This document shows positions 19,801-32,053 of a stretch of 64,000 nt of DNA, one piece after another (within the stretch, counting starts at the first letter, position 1; each line of letters starts with the position of its first letter). The stretch spans positions 4,898,001-4,962,000 of the forward strand of contig CM035354.1 of the NCBI GenBank assembly GCA_020137815.1, in the 5' to 3' direction. The stretch is from Hormiphora californensis. Taxonomy: Eukaryota; Animalia; Ctenophora. The position numbers and the translations under genes were made by a program. The notes under the pieces were generated by a model. It was not told where the DNA came from. It ran no database searches and worked only from the letters and a program-made list of their open reading frames with translations.

Positions 19801-21703
19801 ACCGTGATTCCCATATCCGTGATTCCCATATCCTTACGATTGAGAAGAGGATTTTCTTCAAAATCTGTTTACTAGGGTACAAGATCTATTATGGAAGTGC
19901 CCCTCAGTACCTTCAGGATCTAGTGGAACATGATGAAAATACTGCAGTGCAAAAGTCTACTCGTCAGAGCTGTAAAGTAGACCATTACAAGTTAAAGCTA
20001 CCTTCTGGAAATGTGAAAGTGAGCAAACTGGGAAAAAGGAGAATATCCCAATATCTCCCCCATGTCTGGAACAACCTACCGGAGAACCTAAGAGACGCAC
20101 CTTCAGAGGACTCCTTCCGTATTCGCCTGAAGACCTACCTGTTCGATGCTACTGTTACCTTCTCTGAAAGACCTTATTTGGTTTTCGACGTCAGTCTTTA
20201 ATAATTTCTTTTCGGTTATTCATTAGTCCCCGTTTCTCACATGGTCACCCCTGCTGCTGTCACCTATTTCTTTATAATCTAAGATACTTTTCAGTTTATC
20301 ATTTTTGTTATTATTTTTTCTGATTATACTTGTCACCCACAGTCACCAAGTGTTGAGAGTTAATAAAGTCTACTATATATGTCAGTTATAAGTCACCAGT
20401 ATGAGTTACCATTTAAGACCTTTTGTCAACCAATATGTCAAGATAGGATGAGAGAACCGCTATGAATGGCAACTGCTCTTTGAACCAATCGAGAGTACTT
20501 GTCTATTTAGTCGGTATATAAATCCATTTTGTTGTTGTTGTTGTTGTTAATTCGTACTAATACCCCCCCCCTCTTCTGCAGGAGGCGAGAGAAAAGGAAG
20601 TCGAGGATAGGGAATTCCCAATGGGAAACAGTGTGGTGACGAGTAATATTGTGGTGAACAAACTAGGCCGCAGGACACCCCTCGACCTATTCCACATGTA
20701 CAGATCGGGAGAAAAGAAGGGATTTGGTCCGGCTGGAAACTTTCTGAAGATGCACTTCTCCCAGTCCATTGCCTCGTTCTTAGAGAAGAAGAGGTGGATC
20801 TATAACCGATCCTTTGATCAGAATGTCTCTGATAGGGCCTTATCGGGGAAGAAATTAGCTGCAGAACTCCAACTAAAGTACCTGAAACATTTTGAGTTGA
20901 TATCTCAGGGGCGGTGGAATGTGCTCCTTGACTACGCTTCAGATGCCATCACATCGGAGGCCATGCTCGCTTGTCAGGGGTTGGAGAGGGAGACTGTTAG
21001 GAGCTTCTTTGATGTCAAGCTGGTGTCCAATAACAAGAAACCTAAAGTTCTATCCTTCTTAGAGTTTGAACAACAAGGAATGGAGTTTCGACAGGTACCT
21101 TCACAGTGAAACACATAGTCCACACAGTCTTCACAGTGAAACACATAGTGAAGTTCACATTGTTAAACACACAGTGAAACACATAGTCTAGTGAAGTTCA
21201 CATTGTTATCTTGTTCTCTTGCCCGAAAAGCAACTAACCGCCTCTTTCATTAATTTTCTCCTATGTTTTGGTCTAAGATGACAGTATAGCTTGTCCAGGA
21301 TTGGGCCTGGATTCAGATGACTTTATACACTTTTATTTCCACACAGGTTCTCGTTCGATTTGACATGAACGTGGAATGTTTATCATTTGAGAACGATGTC
21401 TCAGCTACAGCCGGGGAAGTGTTGAGCGATCTGTCTGCTGCTCCCAATGACGTGGCTGAACTAAAGAAGGAACGAATGCTGAAATACGCTGTGTTTGAGA
21501 GGAGGGCAGATGACTTTTTGAGCAATTATCGACTCATCGGCACGGTATGAGATACACTGTTAAAGAATTGTTTATATACATAATATTAAATTGTTTACCT
21601 GCTTGTCGCTCATTACTGATCACTTTCTCCTTTGCAGGTCAGTGAGGAGGAGATGGAGAAGAATAAGAGGAGCATGTACGAATTCGGAGCTGATCAGGAG
21701 TGA
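16887..21703 (+). CDS. MRPL45: Mitochondrial Tim44-like domain protein, probably mL45 (exons approx. 16887-17025, 17136-17275, 19564-19716, 20582-21094, 21347-21544, 21638-21703)
   Basis: It has an Arg/Ser-rich presequence (MQCCRSSLVRGSALSTTRSTSSRSQ). The C-terminal FRQVLVRFDM...KERMLKYAVFERRADDFLSNYRLIG resembles the mL45/Mba1 Tim44-like end (Q-x-x-VR ... LEYVVFE ... WR). Exon phases are compatible across the CYP-containing intron. The family call is moderate. Confidence 0.55.
17350..19272 (-). CDS. CYP46A1: Cytochrome P450, CYP46A1-like, nested antisense in intron 2 of the MRPL45-like gene (exons approx. 19272-19104, 18957-18806, 18696-18602, 18478-18290, ~18250-17350)
   Basis: It has an N-terminal TM anchor then YRHIPGPPRDSFFLG, YGPVVVV and YLFGERFCG (clan-46 hallmarks), I-helix AGQET, K-helix ETLR and heme motif FGAGPRTCIG. 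The last splice junction is ambiguous. Confidence 0.85.
19810..20547 (+). mobile_element. 5'-truncated L2/CR1-group LINE remnant in intron 3 of the MRPL45-like gene
   Basis: Reads GSAPQYLQDL...STRQS...LGKRRISQYLPHVWNNLPENLRDAPSEDSFRIRLKTYLF, a classic L2-type ORF2 end. The 3' UTR ends in tatataaatccatt(ttg)n. Confidence 0.8.
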
Positions 21704-22263
21704 AAACAATTTATGAAAGAACTGTTGTCTGACATTTTTGGAGTTTTTGTTATTTATTTCTTACTTTTTTAACTTTCTCAACCCACAAATTACCCGAGAA
21801 TGTGACAGTTCGACAAAGATTTAACATCATATATATTGTGGCCATTCTGACCTCAAGCTGACCAGTGACTGTCTGGCGGCGCCAGCCCCTGATTTGATTC
21901 TCAAACGGCAGTGTGCTCACTGAGCACTGCTCAGATGGGGTCTGCGGCGCCAGACAGACCTGTGACCACTCTTTTCTGATCCTCAATAACTTCTCAATAT
22001 ATTAGGTGTTAGTTAAGACCAAAATGTAGCAGCTGATTCACAAAATCATTTCCCAAATACATCCATTCACCGCTGTGCTAAGAAGATTTCTTGACGAGAC
22101 AGAAAGATGATATCATAAAAAAGGTAACTGGCTATATCATTGAGCTCATATCAGGAGACTGGCGAGACAGTGCCATAGTTAAGCGAGAGATTTTTCGATA
22201 AAGAAGACACTCCATACCATAAAGACGTCATAAATGGTCGATTTGGGTACCTCCATCCCCCTC

Positions 22264-24392
22264 CCCACTTTGACCCTCCTAGTCTCTAAGAAACTTTCCC
22301 ATTTTGACCCTCTTGATCTCTAAAAACTTTCCAACTTTCCCCTCCTAATCTCTAAGAAACTTTCCCACTTTGACCCTTCTAATCTCTCAGAAACTTTCCC
22401 ACTTTGACCCTCTTTATCTCTAAGAAACTTTCCCACTTGACCCTCCTAATCTCTAAGAAACTTTCCCACTTTGACCCTCCTAATCTCTCAGAAACTTTCC
22501 CACTTTGACCCTCCTAATCTCTAAGAAACTTTCCCACTTTGACCCTCCTAATCTCTAAGAAACTTTCCCACTTTGACCCTCTTTATCTCTAAGAAACTTT
22601 CCCACTTTGACCCTCCTAATCTCTAAGAAACTTTCCCACTTTGACCCTCCTAATCTCTAAGAAACTTTCCCACTTTGACCCTCTTTATCTCTAAGAAACT
22701 TTCCCACTTTGACCCTCTTTATCTCTAAGAAACTTTCCCACATTGACCCTCCTAATCTCTAAGAAACTTTCCACTTTGACCCTCCTAATCACTAAGAAAC
22801 TTTCCCACTTTGACCCTCTTAATCTCTAAGAAACTTTTCCACTTGACCCTCCTAATCTCTACGAAACTTTCCTACTTTGACCATCTTTATCTCTAAGAAA
22901 CTTTCCCACTTGACCCTCCTAATCTCTACGAAACTTTCCTACTTTGACCCTCTTTATCTCTAAGAAACTTTCCCACTTTCACCCTCCTATTCTCTAAGAA
23001 ACTTTCCCACTTTGAACCTCCTAATCACTAAGAAACTTTCCCACTTTGACCCTCTTAATCTCTAAGAAACTTTCCCACTTGACCCTCCTAATCTCAAAGA
23101 AACTTTCCTACTTCGACCATCTTTATCTCTAAGAAACTTTCCCACTTTGACCCTCTTTATCTCTAAAAACTTTCCCACTTTGACCCTCTTTATCTCTAAG
23201 AAACTTACCCAATTGACCCTCCTAATCTCTAAGAAACTTTCCCACTTTGACCCTCCTAATCTCTAAGAAACTTTCCCACTTTGACACTCTTTATCTCTAA
23301 GAAACTTTCCCACTTTGACCCTCTTAATCACTAAGAAACTTTCCCACTTTGACCCTCTTAATCTCTAAGAAACTTTCCCACTTGACCCTCCTAATCTCTA
23401 CGAAACTTTCCTACTTTGACCATCTTTATCTCTAAGAAACTTTCCCACTTGACCCTCCTAATCTCTACGAAACTTTCCTACTTTGACCCTCTTTATCTCT
23501 AAGAAACTTTCCCACTTTGACCCTCCTTATCTCTAAGAAACTTTCCCACTTTGACCCTCCTAATCTCTAAAAAACTTTCCTACTTTGACCCACCTAATCT
23601 CTAAGAAACTTTCCCACTTTGACCCTCCTAATCTCTAAGAAACTTTCCCACTTTGATCCTCTTAATCACTAAGAAACTTTCCCACTTTGACCCTCTTAAT
23701 CTCTAAGAAACTTTCGCACTTGACCCTCCTAATCTCTACGAAACTTTCCTACTTTGACCATCTTTATCTCTAAGAAACTTTCCCACTTGACCCTCCTAAT
23801 CTCTACGAAACTTTCCTACTTTGACCCTCTTTATCTCTAAGAAACTTTCCCACTTTGACCCTCCTTATCTCTAAGAAACTTTCCCACTTTGACCCTCCTA
23901 ATCTCTAAAAAACTTTCCCACTTTGACCCACCAAATCTCTAAGAAACTTTCCCACTTTGACCCTCTTTATCTCTAAGAAACTTTCCTACTTTGACCCTCT
24001 TTATCTCTAAGAAACTTTCCCACTTGACCCTCCTAATCTCTAAGAAACTTTCCTACTTTGACCCTCTTTATCTCTAAGAAACTTTCCCACTTTGACCCTC
24101 TTTATCTCTAAGAAACTTTCACACTTTGACCTTCCTTATCTCTAAGAAACTTTCCCACTTTGACCCTCCTAATCTCTAAGAAACTTTCCTACTTTGACCC
24201 TCTTTATCTCTAAGAAACTTTCCCACTTTGACACTCTTTATCACTAAGAAACTTTTCCACTTTATCTCTTAGAAGCTTTTCCACTTTGACCCTCTTTATC
24301 TCTAAGAAACTTTCACACTTTGACCCTCTTTATCTAAAAGAAACTTTCCCACTTTGACCCTCCTTATCTCTATGAAACTTTCCCACTTTGAC
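22264..24392. repeat. 34-bp satellite (CTTTCCCACTTTGACCCTCCTAATCTCTAAGAAA)n, roughly 60 copies
   Basis: Directly visible head-to-tail array with recurring variant units. Confidence 0.97.
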
Positions 24393-24944
24393 TTTAATCT
24401 GCACAGCACTTGTCCCTTGTCGGCGCACGAATCGGGTTTGATTGGTCCTGCGCGCATGCACGTGCGGTTATGTTCGTTATCTTTGTGAAGTGTGTAGCTC
24501 TACACATTTCGTTCTTTGGTGCTTTGCCTTTGTCATTGTGGTTGAGATCAGGGATGGTGTTTGTTACTGAATTAGGAATACCGTCTAGAATCCGTCTAGA
24601 ATCCCTTCATAGAATCCAAATCTAGATCCGTTTACGTTTTTCCCCCGAATTAAGGAGAAAATCTTTTTCAATTTTAACTATCACTTCTCACAACATGTTC
24701 CATATTTTGTAGGAAGAACAAGCTCTTAATTCTTCACGTCATGGTTGACGGAAGTTGCAATAGAGGTGTCAAGTCTCTGAGGAAGTGAGGGAATGGAAAC
24801 TGTCAGAGAGATCACTGCCTGGGCCTTTTTGATGAATTCCAGCCCTGATTCAATCAGGTTAGTGATATGTGGGGTGTTGTTTTAGTCGCCTTTCCTATAT
24901 TCGTCTCCAGATATGTAATGTTTTTATACCCCCCCCCCCCGGTT

Positions 24945-25290
24945 ATTTCTGAATTTGGGTGGAAGATGGAATAGCTGAAATAGTATTTCCCCGAAATTCC
25001 CAACTCTTTCTCAGCTCTTTCAACATCGACAAGTTCCTTTCCATCGCACTGGATCCCATGGCCATGAACATTATGTTGTGTGAGGAGTTAGACTCAATAA
25101 TTATTAACTCTTTCTCACAGCTTCTTAGACATTTCCATTCTCCTGAATTATTTCGGGATTTTACGAGACAAAGTGAGATCTTGTCGGCGTCGCCAGACAT
25201 ATATCACATCAGGATCAGCTCCAGCAGTTGGAATGTCAAGTTAACAACTTTAACCATGATCTCTATTATACTTCTAAGCTCTTCTAGATA
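24945..25290 (-). mobile_element. Possible highly degraded LINE RT remnant
   Basis: A minus frame gives GIQCDGKELVDVERAEKELGI, reminiscent of the CR1 RT segment Y.L.G..L.....EKDLGV. It is interrupted by stops. Confidence 0.25.
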
Positions 25291-26822
25291 GGATCCTCAC
25301 GGTTTTGTCTAGGAAATCAAGGGCGCTCTTCCTATACGAGTTTTGTTACAATTCGCTATATCGATTCGGTACGTGGTACTGCAACCCTTGTGGTATCAAT
25401 GTAATCAATGCTGTATCATGATAGTATCAATGTAGAGGGTAGTGTATATTAGACCATGTTTTGGGGATCTGTAGCTAGGTCTTCCTTCCACCCAGGCTTG
25501 TGTAATGTGTAAACTATATCATTCCAGGGAAATTACTTGAATCTTCTTGACTCTATTTCTATTTCAATCTCCAGTCCGACCCTAGCTGATCTAATATGTT
25601 GCTCCTGTCCATATCTTCTCTTGTTAAACAAACAAAAGGGGGGTCTTTTCGGACATCCCTATAGTCTTGAGTCTCTCTACCCCTCTCTCTTGCTTCCTCT
25701 CTTTTCTCTTTCGTGCTATTATGATACCCCCGTATGTGTTTCTGCAACGGGGGCTAGAGATGAGAGAGAGGGCGGGAAAGAATTCTCAAACTGAACAATT
25801 ACCGAAGCTGAGCGAAACTCTTCTTTTCATTTTCTATTTCTTGAACTCGCAACAAAAGCGATTTCAAGGTTATGCATTGCATTTGAAAAAGGGATCGTCA
25901 CTAAAAATTTAAGACCCCCCCCCCCTTTTTTCGAGATAAATGGACTGTACGGGGAGAAACAAAAGCAGAAACGGGGGCAAAGGACAAAAAAGGGGGGGCG
26001 GGGGCGGGGGGGGGGCGAGGGGAGCGCGGGGGGTTTGGGGGGGCGGAGGGGGGGCCAAACCGCGGGGGGGGCGGGGGGGGGGGGGCCCCCCCCGGGGGGG
26101 GAAACCCCGTTTTACCCCCCCAAATCTGACTTTTCTGGTTGGGACGGGGTATAAAACCCCCCACGATGATAATCATAAAGTGTGTAAGGACGGGAAAGAT
26201 CTTCCTCCCCCGGCCCGGGAGGAATCCCCCTCCCGGATCCTTAAAGGTGTGCAGGGGGGTACGGGTTGAAACCCGGGAATCAGGGGGGGGGGACTCATTC
26301 GAAAAGGAAAGTCCCGGAAAACAAAAAAGGGGTCACATGTACCCCTCACAAAAAGGGGGGACAAGTCGGGGGCCAAAAAAAGCAGCCCTGTCCAGAGAGC
26401 CAGGAATAAACTGTTCAGGGGGAATCGTCGGGGCCCCATTGGTTGAACATTTTGAAAAAATGGCCTTTTTTAAAAAAGACAACAGGGTTTCGAAAGGACG
26501 AGGGGTTTGACCCAGCTTCGGGCCCACATAGACGGGGTTTTTAAGCCTTATGCGGTGGAAAAAATTTTGTGCAGGGGTCCCTCGACGGGAGTTTGAGGGG
26601 CCCTTGGTTATGCCGTTAACTGAGGGGGTATGGAGTCCACTCCGATTTTTGAATGGTGGAATCTTCCTGACCGTGGAAAACAAAAATGGTGTTGACGGTC
26701 CAATTGAGTGCTCCCAAAATAAGCGGTTCCCCCGGGGAAGTGGTTAGCACCCTTCTCTTAATCTTTATAAATATCTTGGGGGAGTAGGGGAAAGATGCTT
26801 TCTCGTTTTCCGCTGACGACTC

Positions 26823-26922
26823 NNNNNNNNNNNNNNNNNNNNNNNNNNNNNNNNNNNNNNNNNNNNNNNNNNNNNNNNNNNNNNNNNNNNNNNNNNNNNN
26901 NNNNNNNNNNNNNNNNNNNNNN
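26823..26922. other. Assembly gap (100 N) within low-quality, homopolymer-inflated sequence (approx. 25900-29270)
   Basis: N run. The flanks are dominated by G/C/A/T homopolymer runs typical of poor read ends. Confidence 0.95.
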
Positions 26923-29900
26923 AATCCCACCCGGCCCAAAAATTATTCCCCCGGGGCACCAAACTCCCTTAGGAGTATTTGAAAATGTAAAAAGAGGGGA
27001 CCCCAAAAACCAAGTTTTCCCCATGGGAACAAAAAGGGCTAAAAAACGGGGACACCAAACTTTTTGCAAATAAGAACTGAAAAGAGAGAGGAGGATGGGA
27101 GAGAGAGGAGCGAAAGAAACAAAGTTAAAGGGGAAAAAAAGAGGGAGAGAGAAAAGGGAAATTGAATAAAGGGGGGGAAAAACAAATTTGTCCCCCGGAA
27201 CTCACAGAAGAGGAAATTTAAAAACCCTTCTAAACATCTTTAATGTGGTAAATTTTTTACTCGTGTTAAAGTTCTCAGTATAAATTTTTTTGGGGTGGGT
27301 TTTAACCGGAATTATTTCTGATAGTCCTTGCTAATTACCGCTTGGCAGAGTTGTGTTTTTGGCCCATTTATTGTTTCCATGTATTGTTCTCTTACCGAGA
27401 AAGCCTCTTGGAATTGGTTATTCCATACCTCTCTCTCCAATGTCTATTTTCTAACTCTGTGTGCAGCTCTCCCTCTACAAGCCTCTCTGCCTGGATCGCT
27501 CTCTCGTGTATACAAACTGTGTGTGTGTGTGGAGAGCTCTCTCCGTCTATCTTTAATTCGCTCACTCTCTATCTATCCATCTGTCTCCCTCCCTCTCTCT
27601 ATTATCTTCAACTCTCCCTCTTTCTCTCTCTGTCTCCAGAAGGAGTTGGTCCATTAATGTTGTACGTCCCAGCTCCAATGGCTCTTCTTGAACTGATAAT
27701 CGTATGTACCGATCAGCGCTACTAGCTCCGACTTCTTCCTAACTTATGAACATCATTTCCAACTTTTGTTATTGCAATCGTTACTTTTTCTTCATTATAT
27801 TATTATCATGGGCATCTTTTGACTTCTCTTGACAATAGAACTCTAGAGCTATCCCCTTCTCCAATTCCAGGATTTGCCTTCATTCTTCATTAGGGACGGA
27901 TGGAGCACGGTTTGTTTTAAGACGGGGTACAAGAGGGTTATGAAAAAAAAGGGGGGAAACTCCATTTTTTAAAAAGATTTTCTCTCCCGTCATTTTTAAC
28001 GGGGGTTTCTACAGGCAGACAAAGCAATGAATATAACATCTTCCATTTGGTCTAAAAGCCCCATATAAACCAAATCCAAGCTCATTTTAAACCCGGCTGC
28101 GCTCAACCCCCCATCTAAAAATTTCGAGTTGGTTTTTACTGGGGGCCCTTACCCATTTTAAAGGTAGGGGCCTTTGGATTAAAACGGTATCTTTTTTTGT
28201 TCCCGAGCCCCATATGGGGCCCTTCTCCCTTTTTTGATTAATTAAAAACCCTTTCCTTTATGCCCCGGATTCTCCTTTCCCCTTTTTTCCCCACCCGTTT
28301 TCCCCCTTTAAGATTTTTCCCCCTCTCCCCCTGCTCGCGCTCCCCTTTTCTTCCAAAAGATCCCTTTTGTTTTTAGAGGTTTTACCCCTGTCTGGAGGTT
28401 GATTTTTCGCCCCCCCCTTTTTGATCCCTTTTTTTTTGTGTTTATTTTTTCTTTGTTCGTTTTGTGGTTTTTTTTTTAAAAGGGGGGGGGGCCCCCCGTT
28501 TTTGTTGTTGTGATTTTTTTTTTAAATTTGATAGTTGGTGGAACCGGGGGGAACCCAGTTTTTGTTTTTTTTGAGAAAAAGTTGATGTTTTATTTTTTTT
28601 TGTTTTGGTTTTAATTGTTGTTAAAAAGGGAAGTGGATAATCCTTGGGGGGGGGGGGGGGCTGTTTTCCTTGGGTCCCTTCCCCCCTCCTATTTTTTTTT
28701 TGTTGTCTCTGGCCCCCCCTTTACCCTTTTGGTTTTTTGGGGGGGGGAGTTCCGTTGGCCCGGGGTTTCCCCGGGTTTTTTTTTTTTGAGGTTGGGGGGG
28801 AGCTTTAGGGTTTCCCTTGGGGGTGGGAAAGTAAAGGGGGTTTTTTCCCGTTGGGGTTTTTTTCTTTTTTCCCCTTTTTCCTCGCCCCCCGGGGGTTTTT
28901 TGGGGGTTTTTTTTTTTTTTTTGGGGGGCCTTTTTGTTCTCTTTTCCCTCTCTCCTCTTCTTCTTCCCCTCTCTCTTCCTCTTCCCCTTTCTTCCCTTTC
29001 CGACCTTCCCCCTTTCGGGTTTTAAAGGTTTTCTTTTTCCCTAAAAAAATCCTTTTAAAATTTTTTTTTCTTTTTCTCTTTTATTTAATTTTTTTTTTCC
29101 CTTTTTTTCGGGGGGGGAAATTTTTTAAAAAGGGGAAAAAAAAAAGAGGGGGGGGAAAGCCCGGGGGAAAGGGGAGGGGAAAAAGGGAAAAAAAAAAGGG
29201 GGGGAAAAAGGGGAAGAAAAAAAAGGGTAGGAAAGGGGGTTTAAATTTTAAAAATTTTTTAAATTAGTTTGGGTTCAAAGAATTTCATAGGCTGAACAAG
29301 TCTTTGAGCTATCGTTTCGGAAGACCATCTCTCGAGATCACATTCCGTGATAATTTCATATTCTCATTTCCACTTGTTGAATAAGGCTCACCCGTTCGAC
29401 AAATTTCTACTGAACTGTGATCAGATCCCATTCTGTTGGCAGTTTACTATTTTAGTGGTGTGGGGCAGTGGGGGTGGGGGGTTCGTGTGCAACTCGTTTA
29501 CCTACATATTCACTGTCATATAATATCATGACCTCACAGCATATATCGGCGATATAATTCTAGTGAGGGGATATAATTATTAGATCATAATTAATGAAGA
29601 TTCCCTTGTACACACATATTATAGGTCTAAACCAGACGTGGTTTAATAGTTGTGTTTAGTTTAAAGAGAAAACACTTTTTTAAAACCCAAATCCAGTTCC
29701 CCAGGCCCCGTTTCTTTACAAAATTTCCCCTTTCTTGTTGAGGTAGAACCTGAAATCAAGTAATTACCAGACTTTTCCAATTACATGATCTGTTCACAAG
29801 ATATTACTTCGGTCACTGTATATCACGGCCTCAACTAAACGACATGTCTCAAAAAGAAAGTTATCGATTATATTTCGGATATATCGTCGCAAATTTTATT

Positions 29901-31194
29901 TTTCATCCCCAACTTTTTAATGCTATTTATATGCTCAGTTATCTCTCTTATACCTCAGTTTCAAAAGTGTTATAGCGAAGCTTAAATTGAACAATTAAGG
30001 AACTAAATAGATCGGTGCTCTTAATTTGAACTAATTTATTTTCAGTTTCTTTACTTCTCTCCCTCTTTATATTTGTCTCTCCATCTACTAACCGATCTCC
30101 ATCTAATGTGACAGTAAGATCCCTTTAGTTCCCTCTCTGTCTGTATAGTACAGAGCGATCACCACATACATCCTCTACTACTGCAGTGAAGGTTTACCGC
30201 TAATGGCTCAGCTGAGTACAGTGCTGCAGCTTCATAGTTCTGTGTGATGTGAAGAACTTCATAGATATCTGATGGGAACTGCAGGTGTACTCACATTTTA
30301 GTGACTGTAGTGAGACATTGTCATACTGCAGCAACAGTCCTAACTTTAAATGCAGGGGACCATGCCCTATATAATGATGATGATAATATATTGGTAATGA
30401 AATTCCCCCTCTGCGCTAGCTCACGGAGGGGTAATAATATCGCTTGTACGGCGGGAAAAAAATTCCTGTGTCCAAACTACAAAACAGAAAGTTCTAATTT
30501 TTTGAACATACCGAGGAAATTGTCTGAGCTACCATTACATACCGGAATTTTTCGATATTTTGGCCATTAACACTGTTTTTGTTTTTGGAAAACTATGAAG
30601 ATGCTGGAATTTGGCTACAAAAACCTTCAGAAATGTGCAAAATGCCATTCCAAAGGTATTAGAGGTGGATTCATTGATAACGAAGCTATAGTCGAGTCAG
30701 AAAAAATTCCACAAGATTGGAATTTTATGCCCATATAAGGAGTTATGCGACACACCTCTGTTGTTAAACATGTGGTGTAATCGCTACCGGTCGTTACTTT
30801 CTGTAGAATTCAGGTCCTGGTTACTATACAAACTAGTACCATACGTTTTAGATAGGTTTTAGACAAGTTTTCGATTACTTTTTATGAGAAGGTCCCGTAA
30901 ATTTTCATTTTTAGGTAGGCGGTATTGTCACCCCTATATGCAATAATAGGGGTGACTTCGTAACCAAGATAATATATAGGTTGAGTTCGTGTTCGCAAAT
31001 ATGGTCAGGTTTGATCCAAGGCATGTTATGTAAAAATATGGGATATAATGTTTTCGTTTGCGTGGCCTTTTCTTTGATCTATCGACCCATGTAACTATCC
31101 CTTATTGTGTTGGATATTTTGTCCCTTCCCGATACGTTTTACCTTTTCATGTCTTTCTATCCCTCCTTTTTCTATCTCACTTTTTTCAACATTC

Positions 31195-31965
31195 ATCATC
31201 AGAAAATTGAGGAGATTCGAAGCAAAATGACTAGCGCCGAAAGCAGGAACCTTGATCTCCTGTCTGAGAAAGGTGCATCTTCTTGGCTTACTTGTCTTCC
31301 CCTCCAAGCACTGAACTTTACACTGAACAGACAAGAGTGGCATGATGCTCTGTCTGCACGTTACAACTTGCCGCTGACAGGAGAAGCACTGCCTACCAAC
31401 TGCGTGTGTGGAGAGGAAAATAGTATCGATCACTCAATTTCATGTAAGATCGGCGGTTTTGTATGCTTTCGCCACAACAACGTGAGAGACTTTATCGCAA
31501 GTGAGTTCAATAATGTGTGTCACGACACGAAAGTTGAACCCCATCTGCTAAATGTACGAGGAATGAGTCTCCCAGAGGGAACTATTACGGCGGATGGAGC
31601 TCGCCTAGATATCAGTACACGTGATTTCTGGTCTAGCATGGATAACACCTATTTTGATGTGAGGGTATTTAATCCTAGGGTGGCATCCAACTCTAACCAG
31701 GCAATCTCTAAAGTGTATGAAAAACATGAGAGGGAGAAAAAGACTGGCTATCTTCATCGGGTCATTGAAGTTGAAAAATCGTCATTTACACCTCTGGTAA
31801 TGTCCACGACGGGGGGTCTCGGTCGGGAATTCAAAAAGACACTGAAAACAGCTAGCCGATAAGAAAGCTAAGAAAACGGGATACACCTACGACCAATGCA
31901 TCCGTTATCTTCGACTCAGACTATCATTCGCCATGGGGCGATCAGTAACGTCTCCATCAGGGGGC
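31195..31965 (+). mobile_element. CRE-clade (restriction-like endonuclease) non-LTR retrotransposon, C-terminal fragment
   Basis: Contains GASSWL..LP, a zinc knuckle CVCG...DHSISC, RHNNVRD, ARLDI, YFDVRVFNP, HEREKK and FTPLVMSTTGG: a CCHC plus PD-(D/E)xK RLE architecture. Frameshifted after 31850. Confidence 0.85.
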
Positions 31966-32019
31966 ACGGGGAGTGGGGGGGGGGGGAATTTTTTAAATTT
32001 TGGGGAAAAAAAGTTTTTT

Positions 32020-32053
<34 letters not shown>

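Noticed and set aside
21869-21957. Hammerhead ribozyme, tRNA or SECIS interpretation of the branched hairpin
   Set aside because: The required conserved cores are absent, and there is no in-frame TGA selenoprotein upstream. Kept only as an unclassified structure.
22264-24392. CRISPR-sized 34-bp repeat
   Set aside because: Units are contiguous with no unique spacers, so it is a satellite.
25900-29270. Gly/Pro/Phe/Lys-rich ORFs and G-quadruplex-like runs (similar tracts at 31970-32230, 33900-34080, 40860-41050 and 45720-45970)
   Set aside because: Homopolymer-inflated sequence flanking a gap, typical of low-quality read ends. Not reliable biology.
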